A DNA stretch of 64,000 nt, from positions 899,186,001-899,250,000 of the forward strand of contig NC_091282.1 of the NCBI RefSeq assembly GCF_032444005.1. Direction: 5' to 3'. This document shows, in pieces, positions 12,918 to 62,330 of this stretch. The notes beneath the pieces were generated by a model. The model was given only the letters and a program-made list of their open reading frames with translations. It made no database searches and was not told where the DNA came from. The DNA comes from Ranitomeya imitator (lineage: Eukaryota). The stretch's first letter is position 1; the number at the start of each line of letters is the position of its first letter. A program made the position numbers and the translations under genes.

Positions 12918-13465
12918 GATTATGTGGCAACCTGGAGAACACCTTGGAGCGTCAGACACCGTCTCTACGACCCAGACCCAACTTGTAGGCCTAATGTAGT
13001 GTTGTTTCAACAACTACTAAACGAGAGCTAGAAGCTTGAAGCTATGGAGAGGAAACCTGGGGAACACCTTGGAGTGGAAGACACCGTCTCTACAACCCAG
13101 ACCCAACTTGTAGGCCTAATGCAGTGTTGTTTCAACAACTACTGAACGAGAGCTAGAAGATCGAAGCTATGGAGAGGCAACCTGGAGAACACCTTGGAGC
13201 GGAAGACACCGTCTCTACAACCCAGACCCAACTTGTAGGCCTAATGCAGTGTTGTTTTCAACAACTACTAAACGAGAGCTAGAAGATCGAAGCTATGGAG
13301 AGGCAACCTGGAGAACACCTTGGAGCGGAAGACACCGTCTCTACAACCCAGACCCAACTCGTAGGCCTAATGCAGTGTTGTTTTCAACAACTACTAAACG
13401 AGAGCTAGAAGATCAAAGCTATGGAGAGGCAACCTGGGGAACACCTTGGAGCGGCAGACACCGTT
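12918..13465. repeat. Tandem array, ~125-bp unit x ~4.3, inside the hAT element
   Basis: gacacc recurs at 12955, 13080, 13205, 13331 and 13457. Confidence 0.9.
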
Positions 13466-13756
13466 AGTAGGCCCTACCGAAGTAGTAGTAGTAGCCCCAA
13501 TGCAGTTTTCAAATTCCTATAGGCTGAAAACCAGACTATTGACGCTCAGCTTTTTTAAAAGGAGGACAGCTTTATTGAGTGGCGCAGACAGACACAGGTA
13601 GTAGGCCTTAAACACAGAATTTGGCTCAATGCAGTTTAAAAAAGGTTACAGGGGTACACAGGCAGCATTGGTCTCTTTAGTGGAGGACAATTTCAATTAT
13701 GGACCGCAGACAGAGTTTGTACGCCTACTATTAAAAAAAGGATGCTCTATGCAATT

Positions 13757-14232
13757 AAAAATAGGTTCCAGGGGTACACGGGCAGCAGTGGTCTGGTCAG
13801 TGGAGGACTAGTGGAAGGAGGGACCGCAGACAGGCATAGTAGGCCTAACATATCAAAATTAGGCTGTAGGCACTTTATAATAGGTTCCAGGGGTACACGG
13901 GCAGCAGTGGTCTGGTCAGTGAAGGACAATTTCTATAATGGACCGCAGACAGGCTTAGTAGGCCTAACATAACAAAAGTAGGCTGTAGGCACTTTAAAAT
14001 AGGTTCCAGGGGTACACGGGCAGCAGTGGTCTGGTCAGTGGAGGACTATTGGAAGGAGGGACCGCAGACAGGCTTAGTATGCCTAACATAACAAAATTAG
14101 GCTGTAGGCACTTTAAAATAGGTTCCAGGGGTACACGGGCAGCAGTGGTCTGGTCAGTGGAGGACTATTGGAAGGAGGGACCGCAGACAGGCTTAGTAGG
14201 CCTAACATAACAAAAGTGGGCTGTAGACACTT
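13757..14232. repeat. Tandem array, ~119-bp unit x 4, inside the hAT element
   Basis: ataggttccaggggtacacgggcagcagtggtctggtcagtg recurs with a ~119-bp period; diverged copies lie upstream (~12420-12900, ~13620-13750). Confidence 0.9.
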
Positions 14233-14953
14233 GGAATTTTCTTGCAGGGATACACAAGCAGCATTGGTGTTGTCAGCGGAGGCCGATTGTAATGAGTGTC
14301 TGACAGTTAGTACTCACAAAAAATAAATAGATGTTAATGTCTCGCAATACAACAAAACCAAAACACAAAAGGGTGGAATAATAAGGTACAGGGGTGAGCT
14401 CCTCTGCTGAGTTTCAGACCTAGTAATTTGGCACTAAGTATTTACTGGTGTAAATATAGGACACTGCCCCTGACTATTTTAAGTACCATCATACATGTCA
14501 ACACATTGGTATTGTCAGTGCCAGGCATTGAAGGATGTCAGCGCATAGACTAAACATTGGTGGAATTGTGAGAGATAATTTTGCAAGTGGTAGAGCACTG
14601 TTTGAGCTGGGGGGGGGAACTCTCTTGTGGCCGGCGGTACAGGCCCAGGGCCCCTCATGTTACAACGGTGTGTCTGACGTTGGGTGTGCACCACCACTGC
14701 CAGAGACACTTTATTGTACTATGAGGGACCCAGTGGCAGTGCCGTCGACCAAAAGCGTGCACACCCACCTCTTCAGACAAACGTCACTCTCACAGGTGCT
14801 TCCGCCAAGTGGCGAGACCACGGCCCCGTGGGGGGAGTTTGGCCATTTAGGGAGGTGTAAACATGTCGTATGCTGGACAAACAGCTGCTGCAAATTACGA
14901 GATTGGAAAAGTCAGTCAGAGCAGTCCACAAGCAAGACCTTTTCATAGGAAAG

Positions 14954-17900
14954 CTAGGTGTCAGCCGGGCAAGGTGGGGCAAAAGAATTCGAAATCCAGT
15001 TGTGGTTCATTTTAATGAAGGTTAGATCATCAACATTTTGGGTAGCCAGACGAGTCCTTTTTTCGGTTAATATTGAACCTGCAGCACTGAATAATCTTTC
15101 TGATAGGACACTAGCTGCTGGGCAAGCAAGCTCCTGCAATGCATATTCTGCCAATTCTGGCCAGGTGTCTAATTTGGATGCCCAGTAATCAAATGGGAAT
15201 GACGGTTGAGGGAGAACGTAGATAAGGGATGAAAAATAGTTAGTAACCATACTGGACAAATGTTGTCTCCTGTCACTTTGAATTGATGCTGCAGTACCTG
15301 TCGTGTCTGCGGTCATAGCAAAATCACTCCACAACCTGGTCAGAAAACCCCTCTGTCCAACGCCACTTCTGATTTGTGCACCTCTAACACCTCTGGCCTG
15401 CTGCCCCCTTCAGCTCGTGTGATAACGATCACCGGTGCTGTGTGCTGGGAATGCCTGAATCAAATGGTCTACAAGAGTTGATTGGTTGCTAATATTTGTT
15501 CCAGGTTTTCATGTGGCATAATATTTTGCAATTTGCCTTTATAGCGAGGATCAAGGAGGCAGGCCAACCAGTAATCGTTATCGGCCATCATTTTACAAAT
15601 ACGTGTGTCCCTTTTGAGGATACGTAAGGCATAATCCGCCATGTGGGCCAAAGTTCCAGTTGTCAAATCTGCGGTTGTGCTGGGTTGCAGGGCAGTTTCA
15701 GGCACATCTAAGTCACTTGTCTCCCTAAAAAAACCTGAGCCCGGCCTTGCAACGCCACCAGTTGCTATTGGCCCCGGAGAAGCTTCCTCATTACAAAAAT
15801 AATCATCCCCATCATCCTCCTCGTCCTCCTGCTACCTCGTCCTGTACACTGCCCTGACCAGACAATGGCTGACTGTCATCAAGGCTTTCCTCTTCCTCTG
15901 CTGCAGATGCCTGCTCCTTTATGTGCGTCAAACTTTGCATCAGCAGACGCATTAGGGGGATACTCATGCTTATTATGGCGTTGTCTGCACTAACCAGCTG
16001 TGTGCATTCCTCAAAACACTGAAGGACTTGACATATCTTGTATCTTCGACCACTGCACACCTGACAACTCCATGTCTGCCATCCTACTGCCTGCCCGTGT
16101 ATGTGTATCCTCCCACAAATACATAACAGCACGCCTCTGTTCACACAGTCTCTGAAGCATGTGCAGTGTTGAGTTCCACCTTGTTGCAACGTCGATGATT
16201 AGGCGATGCTGGGGAAGGTTCAAAGACCGCTAATAGGTCTGCATACGGCTGGAGTGTACGGGCGAACGGCGGATATGCGAGCAAAGTCCGCGCACTTTGA
16301 GGAGCAGGTTGGATAACCCCGGATAACTTTTCAGGAAGCACTGCACCACCAGGTTTAAGGTGTGAGCCAGGCAAGAAATGTGTTTCAGTTGGGAAAGGGA
16401 GATGGCAGCCATGAAATTCCTTCCGTTATCACTAACTACCTTGCCTGCCTCAAGATGTACAGTGCCCAGCCATGACTGCGTTTCTTTCTGCAAGAACTCA
16501 GACAGAACTTCCGCGGTGTGTCTGTTGTCGCCAAAACACTTCATAGCCAATACAGCCTGCTGACGCTTGGCAGTAGCTGCCCCATAATGGGACACCTGGT
16601 GTGCAACAGTGGCAGCTGCGGATGGAGTGGTTGTGCGACTGCGGTCTGTGGATGAGCTCTCGCTTCTGCAGGAGGAGGAGGGGGTGCGTGACCGTGGGCT
16701 AGGCAGAACTGTCCCAAAATTGCTGTCCCCTGTGGACCCTGCATCCACCACATTCACCCAGTGTGCCGTGATGGACACGTAACGTCCCTGGCCATGCCTA
16801 CAGGTCCATGCATCTGTTGTCAGGTGCACCTTCGTGCTCACAGACTGCCTGAGTGCATGGACGATGCGCTCTTTAACATGCTGGTGGAGGGCTGGGATGG
16901 CTTTTCTCGAAAAGAAGTGTCGACTGGGTAGCTCGTAGCGTGGTACAGCGTAGTCCATCAGGGCTTTGAAAGCTTCGCTTTCAACTAACCGGTAGGGCAT
17001 CATCTCTAACGAGATTAGTCTAGCTATGTGGGCGTTCAAACCCTGTGTACGCGGATGTGAGGATAAGTACTTCCTTTTTCTAACGAGAGTCTCATGTAGG
17101 GTGAGCTGGACTGGAGAGCTGGAGATCGTGGAACTAGCGGCGGTGCCGGTGGACATGGCAGACTGAGAGACGGTTGGAGACGGTATTGTTGCCACCGGTG
17201 CCCTAGATGCAGTGTTTCCTACTACGAAACTGGTGATTCCCTGACTGCTTTGGCCTGGCAACGAAACCTGCACAGATACTGCAGGTGGTGATGAAAATGG
17301 TGGCCTTACAGTGACGGAAGGGATGTTGCGTTGCTGACTAGATTCATTGGCCGAGGGTGCTACAACCTTAAGGGACGTTTGGTAGTTAGTCCAGGCTTGC
17401 AAATGCATGGTGGTTAAATGTCTATGCATGCAACTTGTATTTAGACTTTTCAGATTCTGACCTCTGCTTAAGGTAGTTGAACATTTTTGACAGATGACTT
17501 TGTGCTGATCAATTGGATGTTGTTTAAAAAAATGCCAGACTGCACTCTTTCTAGCATCGGATACCTTTTCAGGCATTGCAGACTGAGCTTTAACCGGATG
17601 GCCACGCTGTCCTCCAACAGGTTTTGGCTTTGCCACGCGTTTTGGGCCAGATACGGGGCCGGCCGATGGAACCTGTTGCGATGTTGATGCCTGCTGTGGC
17701 CCCTCCTCCTCCGCTTTAGAACTACTGCCGCCTGCACCCTGTTCCCCCAATGGCTGCCAATCGGGGTCAACAACTGGGTCATCTATGACCTCCTCTTCTA
17801 TCTCGTGTGCAACTTCGTCTGTGTCACCGTGTAAGTCGGTGGTATAGCGTTCGTGACGGGGCACCATAGTCTCATCAGGGTCTGATTCTGGATCAGTACA

Positions 17901-18458
17901 CTGCGAGGGCAATGTTGTGGTCTGAGTCAAAGGAACAGCATAGTAATCTGGCTGTGGCTGTGCATCAGTGCACTCCATGTCCGATTCAACTTGTAATGGG
18001 CATGGCCTGTTAACTGTTTCACTTTCTAACCCAGGGACGGTATGTGTAAAGAGCTCCATGGAGTAACCCATTGTGTCGCCTGCTGCATCCTTCTCTGTTG
18101 TTGTTTTTGCTGAAGAGGACAAGGAAGCGACTTGTCCCTGTCCCTGACCGTGAACATCCACTAACGACTCGCTGCTTTTACATTTACCAGTTTCAGAAGA
18201 GGAGGCAAAAGAGCTAGAGGCTGAGTCAGCAAGGTAAGCCAAAACTTGCTCTTGCTGCTCCGGCTTTAAAAGCGGTTTTCCTACTCCCAGAAAAGGGAGC
18301 GTTCGAGGCCTTGTGTAGCCAGACGACGAACCTGGCTCCACAGCTCGAGACTTAGGTGCTATATTGTTTTTCCCACGACCACCCGATGCTCCACCACCAC
18401 TACCATCATTACCAGCTGGCAATGAACGCCCACGGCCTCTTCCACCAGACTTCCTCAT
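14954..18458 (-). pseudogene. hAT transposase with BED zinc finger, DDE core and hATC dimerisation domain; disrupted
   Basis: SAVWHFF...CQKC...HRHLTTMH, LTTDAWT, VSDNGRN, CLAHTLNLVVQ, DVATRWNST and CPAASVLSERLFSAAG. There is an in-frame TAG at 16232-16230, a frameshift near 16035 and further shifts downstream. Confidence 0.9.
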
Positions 18459-19718
18459 TGTTTTAAAAACGTAACCAAAGTAACGGTATTTGTTACTGTA
18501 AAACAACTTACAAGGTGAACTCAAACTTCTGTAGGATTTAGATATCCCTTTATAGGTGGGTGAGACTGCAAGGAAAATCAGGCACAATGTTACACACTCG
18601 GTTTTCTGTGGCACCAAATGAGAGAGATGCCACACACGCAGGACTGTCACTCAAGCTCAAAGGCCAATATTAATCTCCCACTGTTTATTTTTTTTTTTCA
18701 GGGAGAATTTAAAAACCCAAAACAGACACTAGGCTTTCTGTGGCCCACTATTTGAGAGAGATGGCACACAGGACTGGCACACAAGCACAAAGGCCATTAT
18801 TAATCTCCCACTATTGATTTTTTTTCAGGGAGAATTAAAAAAAAAAAACAGGGACTGTCCTACAATTACTATCTCCCTGCAGTAATCTCAGCCAGGTATG
18901 GCAGGCAGCAATAACAAGGAGTGGACTGCTGCACAAATTAAATCAAAAGTGTGGACAAACAAAAAAGATAGCTGTGCAGAAAGGAAGGAACAGGATTTGT
19001 GCTTTGAAAAAAGCAGTTGGTTTGCACAGCGGCGTACACACAGCAATGCAGCTATCAGGGAGCCTTCTAGGGCAGCCCAATGAGCTACAGCGCTGAGGAA
19101 AAAAAATGTAGCTTCCACTGTCCCTGCAAACAAAAGGTGGTGTTGGACAGTGGAAATCGCTACAGCACAGGCGGTTTGGGGGTTAATGTACCCTGCCTAA
19201 CGCTATCCCTGCTTCTGACGAAGCGGCAGCAACCTCTCCCTAGGCTCAGATCAGCAGCAGTAAGATGGCGTTCGGCGGGAACGCCTCTTTATAGCCCCTG
19301 TGACGCCGCAGACAGCAAGCCAATCACTGCAATGCCCTTCTGTAAGATGGTGGGGACCAGGACCTATGTCATCACGCTGCCCACACTCTGCGTCCACCTT
19401 CATTGGCTGAGAAATGGCGCTTTTCGCGTCATTGAAACGCAACTTTGGCGCGAAAGTCGCGTACCGCATGGCCGACCCCACACAGGTATCAGGTCGGGTT
19501 TCATGAAACCCGACTGTGCCAAAAGTCGGCGACTTTTGAAAATGACCGATCCGTTTCCCTCAACCCTAGCTGTAGCTGCTCCGGCTCTGATTGCTGCTGT
19601 GTCTCCATTGTGAAAACACATGTGCCCCTACCTGGCCAGCAATCAACTCTCAAATATGCTGACTTCAGATCTGCCAGCTGGTGCACTCCTGCAGCTTCCA
19701 GAACTCAGCCTAAAAGTA

Positions 19719-20864
19719 CACTGCTCAAAAAAAATAAAGGGAACACTAAAATCCCACATCCTAGATATCACTGAATGTAATATTCCAGTTGTAAATCTTT
19801 GTTCATTACATAGTGGAATGTGTTGAGAACAATAAAACCTAAAAATGAGCCACATGAGGTCTAGCATTGTGCTGCATTAGGAGGAACCCAGGGCCAAGCG
19901 CACCAGCATATGGTCTCACAAGGGGTCTGAGGATCTCATCTCGGTACCTAATGGCAGTCAGGCTACCTCTGGCAAGCACATGTAGGGCTGTGAGGCCCTC
20001 CAAAGAAATGCCACCCCACACCATTACTCACTCACTGCCAAACCGGTCATGCTGAAGGATATTGAAGGCAGCAGATCGCTCTCCACGGCGTCTCCAGACT
20101 CTGTCACGTCCATCACATGTGCTCAATGTGAACCTGCTTTCATCTGTAAAGAACACAGGGCACCAGTGGCAAATTTGCCAATCCTGGTGTTCTGTGGCAA
20201 ATGCCAAGCGTGCTGCACAGTGTTGGGCTGTTAGGACAACCCCCATCTGTGGACGTTGGGCACTCAGACCATCCTCATCGAGTCGGTTTCTAACAGTTTG
20301 TGTAGACACATACACATTTGTGGCCTGCTGGATGTAATTTTGCAGGGCTCTGGCAGTGCTCCTGTTCCTCCTTGCACAAAAGCGGAGGTAGCGGTCCTGC
20401 TGCTGGGTTATTACCCTCCACGTCTCCTGGTGTACTGGCCTGTCTTCTGGTAGTGCCTCCAGCCTCTAGACACTACGCTGATACACAGCAAACCTTCTTG
20501 CCACAGCTCACATTGATGTGTCATCCTGGATGAGCTGCACTACCTGAGCCACTTGTGTGGGTTGTAGAGTCCGTCTCATGCTACCACGAGTGTGAAAGCA
20601 CAACCAACATTCAAAAGTGACCAAAACATCAACCAGAAAGCATTGGTACTGAGATGTGGTTCCCACCTGCAGAACCACTCCTTTTATTGAGTGTGTCTTG
20701 ATAATTGCTAATAATTTCCATCTGTTGTCTATTCCATTTGCACACCAGCATGTGAAATTGTCAAACAGTGAAATCAAACTGTCCACTTAGGAAGCAACAA
20801 AAGTTTTATTTACTTGGAGTTATATCCTATCGTTTAAGTGTTCCCTTTAGTTTTTTGAGCAGTG
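19719..20864 (-). mobile_element. Internally deleted, degenerate Tc1 element
   Basis: TA-flanked TIR cactgctcaaaaaaataaagggaacac; transposase fragments VFFTDESRF and MVWGGISLEG...HNARPHV. Confidence 0.9.
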
Positions 20865-20866
20865 TA

Positions 20867-21480
20867 TTAACTTGGGTGTAAGGTCCCAGCCGCATCATCA
20901 GGGGGCGATTTCTGGTCCGCGTCCTGTGACTGTGCTGGGACAAGTGGCTGACAACTACCATGTGGTGCGTTATGTCCCCTGACGAAGGTGCCATCCGAAA
21001 CACGCGTTGGGGCGGTCAGGCGGATCCTCTGGGCCACCACTTAAACACTCCTGACAGGTAATAGTGTGTACTTTACTATTATGATATATACCTCAGCACT
21101 TTTTCACTTTACCTTCTCGAATGGAGATGGGATTATTTGGTCCTTGAATGTTTAGTTCTCCATGCTGTTAGACTGCCTGCTACATGCTTATTTTCCTAAG
21201 GCCCTTTATACATACAGATGCCTGCATGTAGGCACATGATCTGTGGGTGTCTGTTTCGGTTTTCAGTTACAAATATTTATTATTTAATTGGATTTACCTG
21301 GAATATTGGTCCATTTGTGGTCCTGCCTTCCCTTGAGCGTTTAATACTCTCTATGTATGTTGTTTACAGTTGTTGTAACATTCCCTTTACTATGCATTTA
21401 ATAATAAAATATATAATCCTTGTACAAAACTCTGGACTTTTTGATCGTGAGGTTCTGTTCTTTTTGTTTTGCTTGTCTAA
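20867..21480 (+). mobile_element. Penelope-type terminal repeat / retrozyme-like element
   Basis: Hammerhead motif near the 5' end, AT-rich body and AATAAA near 21402. Boundaries are approximate. Confidence 0.55.
20973..21014 (+). ncRNA. Type I hammerhead ribozyme motif
   Basis: Stem I TGTCCC/GGGGCG, CTGACGA at 20979-20985, an extra A, short stem II GG..CC, GAAA at 20997-21000, stem III AC-ACGC-GT, and a GUU cleavage triplet ending at 21008. Confidence 0.6.
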
Positions 21481-21684
21481 GTGACGATTTGTCCGTATTG
21501 GGTCCATATCATTAGGTTGGTTATTTTTTTAATTCATTTGAATATTTACATTTTATATCTAACCAATGCTTTTCATAAGTTATTGTTATAATGTGTGTAA
21601 AGAAATAAAGGATACCTTTGTATACATCGCCATTGTGGAAGAAAGAAAGAGACAACCATTGTATTGGTGGTAAATAGCAGGTAT

Positions 21685-21690
21685 TTTATT
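21685..21690 (-). terminator. Candidate distal polyadenylation signal of WDFY3
   Basis: Minus-strand AATAAA, followed ~20 nt later by CA and a U/GU-rich tract (ttgtctctttctttctt). Confidence 0.4.
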
Positions 21691-23626
21691 CATAATGAAA
21701 AAAAATTAACTTAAGTACCTGACCTATTGCATTTAGTCATGTATTGTAATTGTGTTACTCTACTTTCTTGACTTTGAGACAGATATACAATAAACATTCA
21801 GATATTACAGACTGCCCGCTAGTTTCTCCAGGCCGTAAACATTTAACCACCAAAAAAACCTACTGAATTCTGCCATACAGTACAGAATTCCTCTCTTCAG
21901 TCAAAGCAAGCTGTCTGCTGCCATATAAATACATCGCTGTCTGTAAGGCCGTACATGTTAATAACAGGACAAAATAAAATTTACATTGCACTGACACAAA
22001 AAGTCAGCTGTGTTAATTACTCATGCAACAAGTAACAAAACTTGCTGAAATGAAAAAGACTTCCTAAAATTTTTTCTGCTTCTTTCCACTGCATAAATAT
22101 TTGTTTTTATACATTTTTTTTTTTTTGTTGTTTTTCTCGTTATGAATCCAAATGAGTCTCGAAATGATACAGAACAAAAATAAAATTTGGCTACTACTGC
22201 TATATTACATAAAGGTGCAAAATAATTTATTGATAGTGTTCTATGGGACTGAGGTGAGCCTCTTACAAAGCCCGGAAGGCATGACAATACAATTAGATTC
22301 CAACTTACAAGTATACTGGCGGATACATGGGTGTTTTTAGAAGTTTGTGAACAGTTAGGACATTTCACCACAGGATTAGACTGGTCTCAGGTTCCTTTAT
22401 GTGGTTGGAAATAGGCCATCATATATGTAGACATTTTTCTAGGAAAAAAAAACATTTGATCCCCTTCTTGTCTGCCCATTCGTGGAGTTTCTTGTAATTC
22501 ATGCATCTGTAGAATAATAAAAGTACCACTGAGGGCTTTCTATTAACACTGCTCCGAGGCGTATCACCCAATACGTATGTACAAAACTGGAATCGATCAT
22601 CCAGTGGTCCGTGGGCGATACCCCCCATCAATAAGCCCCATCCATTTTCAATAGGAAAATGGGAATTTGACAAGAAAACAGAATATTTGGGAGATGCACA
22701 AAAATAGAGAAAATATCCGTTTAGTGCAAACAAAGCAAGATTTTTCATCGTTTGTATTTAGCGGCAATTTATCACCCTTGAGCGATGTTGGTAATTATTG
22801 AAGAAAAATATGTTAAGAATTAATATATTCGAGTTTTTATAGTGAAAATTCTAGAGCTAACATAATTACTGACAAGTGAAGTAGAGTATTACAGGCGTTA
22901 TTGAGCCACCATAGCACGGAAATCCGAGGAAGCACTTACATAGCCGCCATGTTTAGTGCCAAAGCTCTTATTTGTCTTAGGTCTATGTAGACCTCCTTAT
23001 GTCTTATGTAAAAGCTTTTAGGCAAAATGTGATTGTGCATTGTATCATCAGGGAACCGAGTAATATATGATTATGTCTGACTCGCTGCCGAGAGTAACGA
23101 GCGCTCGACAAGACACAAGATTCTCCAAGGTGGAAAGCGGGAATTGTTTCAATGACCGTAGGCCTTGATGAGAGATCTCAGAAGACAAAGTCTCGAAGGG
23201 GCCAGTTTTCAATAGACTAACGCCAGATTAGATGAGGCCTTAAGTGAAAAAAAAATAAAAAAAAATCTTTTAATAATAAATAATGCTAAAAAGCTACTCC
23301 ACTGATTTGATCTGTCATCATATTGCTTTACTGGGGTAATTCATTTTCGCAGTTTATAGTATATTAGCACAGGCCTCCAGAAATCACATACAGTGATCAC
23401 ATTTCAGCGGCAATCTGAAAATTCCCTTTATAGGCAGGAATTGAAATTCATAGAATTTCATAAAAAAAAAGTCATGTGTCTTTACTCGAAAATGCCCTGT
23501 GCCGCGACACACGACTATGCCCTGATCAACTGTATTCGCTAAGAAATTAATGCAAAATTTTTTGCTATGCATGGAACGTTCAGCCATTCAACCAGATTAT
23601 ATACATATATATCAAATCTAGGGCTT

Positions 23627-24000
23627 AAATGTAATCTGTTATTAGAGTTTTGCCATGTAACCTGAGAGTGGCACGATGTAGGGACCCCGATTCTAGCGAT
23701 GTGTTACTTATTAGGTGCTGTGTCAATAAAATCCGTTTTATCAGCAGGAGATTATCACTAGAGGACTAAGTGTTAAGTACATCCTAGTCCAACCCCACCA
23801 CTGATTAGGAGCTTTTTGTCAATATACAATGTACACAGGAAGCAGCCAATCAGTGGTGTGGGTGGGGTTATACAGGACTCAGCATTCTGAGCACTGCCAG
23901 ATCTTCAGCAGAGAAAACTGTGATTCTATCACAACTGCTGGACCCAGGAAACTAAGTGATACATCGCTGGAATCAGAGTCTCAGCTCCTATATCATGTGG
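23627..24000. mobile_element. Truncated TTAA-type (Kolobok/T2-like) MITE within the putative 3' UTR
   Basis: Homologous to the copies at ~53070, ~58750 and ~59188 (gattccagcgatgtgtcactta ... accactgatt ... aatcagtggt). Confidence 0.6.
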
Positions 24001-24062
24001 TTGTCAAGATTTCATAGCAAAAACCTTTTCATCCCCATGCAGGTAGGCTGCGTTGTGATGAA

Positions 24063-24282
24063 TAGAGTTAAGAGAATTTGTTGGGTTCTCTCTTATTCGG
24101 CAAGCTATAGCGCTTACCGAATAAGCTGCAGAGGGAACCCGGCTTCCTGGGGATCGCGCCAGCTGATCGGCGCCGCAGCTGCATGCGTCGCGGCTGTGTC
24201 ACAGTGCTGCGGCACTGGTCAGATGATCAGCTGGTGCGATCCAGGAATAAGAGGGAACCCGAACAAAATTCGCTCAACTCTA
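24063..24282. mobile_element. hAT MITE, 220 bp, within the putative 3' UTR
   Basis: TAGAGTT...AACTCTA termini and a perfect 8-bp TSD GTGATGAA (24055-24062 and 24283-24290). Confidence 0.9.
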
Positions 24283-25110
24283 GTGATGAACTTGGGCTGT
24301 GTCTATCTGTGAGGGAGGTAACACAATACTGGAGTACTCCCTATTCCGGAATTCCACCATCTTCTTCACATCACAAGACATTTCACAGACATGGGTCAAG
24401 TGTGCAGTTTAAGTTTCACACACCTGAACCCCAAGACATGCACAGAATTCAGATACTAAAATGTAATGATGGATTGAGGAGTTACTAGGTTGGCGCTTAC
24501 AGCACTAGTTCTAGGTTAGTGCCGAACCTAAGCGAGAAGATCCCCATGATGCTTTTTGGCAAGGTTGGTCGGCGAAAGTGGAGGTAAAAGAGATGCCTTA
24601 AAATACAGACATGTTAAAAAATCCAGAACAAAGCGACAGTACAGACAAAAGTATATTGATGATCTATTACTTGAGTTCCTTTAGTCCCATGTAACAGGCA
24701 AGTTAAACTGGAGATTTCAATAAAAAGGCCAATATTTTATTTACAATAAACTGTACACGACTTTGAGTCATTTCTTCGTAAGCGGCTTGTTTGTCCGAAA
24801 AGCTATGTATGGGGTTACTGCTCTACAAAAACAAACACAAGGTAGTCTGAGAGCTGTTGGTTGGGCACTTTCTTCATTCCAGCAGACGTAGCAGCAGAAG
24901 TAGATTATGTAGACGTTCACCATAGTCTCAGTGATTAACTTCAAGGTTAAGTCATCAGTGAGTCGAGTGATCCCTTTTTCTTGCGGTGTTCAGAACACAA
25001 ATCAAAAGTTGCATGTAAACTGATTATTTTACGTTCCAACCCGTTTGGAGAGAATATTGGATCCAGCACAATGTGGCGTGTCCTTAGTAAGGAGAATGAC
25101 GGAGGGATGT

Positions 25111-62250
<37,140 letters not shown>

Positions 62251-62330
62251 CTGTGTTGTACATAATAAAAATAAACATATATTAAAGTCTATATAGTAAA
62301 ATATTCTGTTCTTAAAGATCTCATTATTTA

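Larger units (their letters stand above)
11628..19568 (-). mobile_element. Full-length hAT DNA transposon (~7.94 kb)
   Basis: TIR TAGGGTTGAGCGA / TAGGGTTGAGGGA, a perfect 8-bp TSD GCTGTAGC (11620-11627 and 19569-19576), subterminal cgggtttc repeats and an internal transposase. Confidence 0.95.
21660..25110 (-). other. WDFY3: Probable WDFY3 3' UTR (maximal extent)
   Basis: AT-rich and repeat-poor sequence after the stop, with minus-strand AATAAA motifs at 24741-24736, 22231-22226 and 21690-21685. The true end is unknown. Confidence 0.5.

Noticed and set aside
12918-14232. Regularly spaced repeats resembling a CRISPR array
   Set aside because: Whole units repeat with no unique spacers, the context is eukaryotic, and there are no cas genes.
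16230-18650. 806-aa ORF as a domesticated ZBED gene
   Set aside because: It lies within TIRs and a TSD, and the C-terminal half is broken by a stop and frameshifts.
1-21500. Exons of the expected convergent neighbour gene CDS1
   Set aside because: No matching peptide seen; the region is almost entirely repeats.
23160-23210. TTGATGA-GAGAT...GTCTC-GAAG hammerhead-like string
   Set aside because: C3 and A15.1 are missing and no stem III or NUH triplet can form; likely chance.
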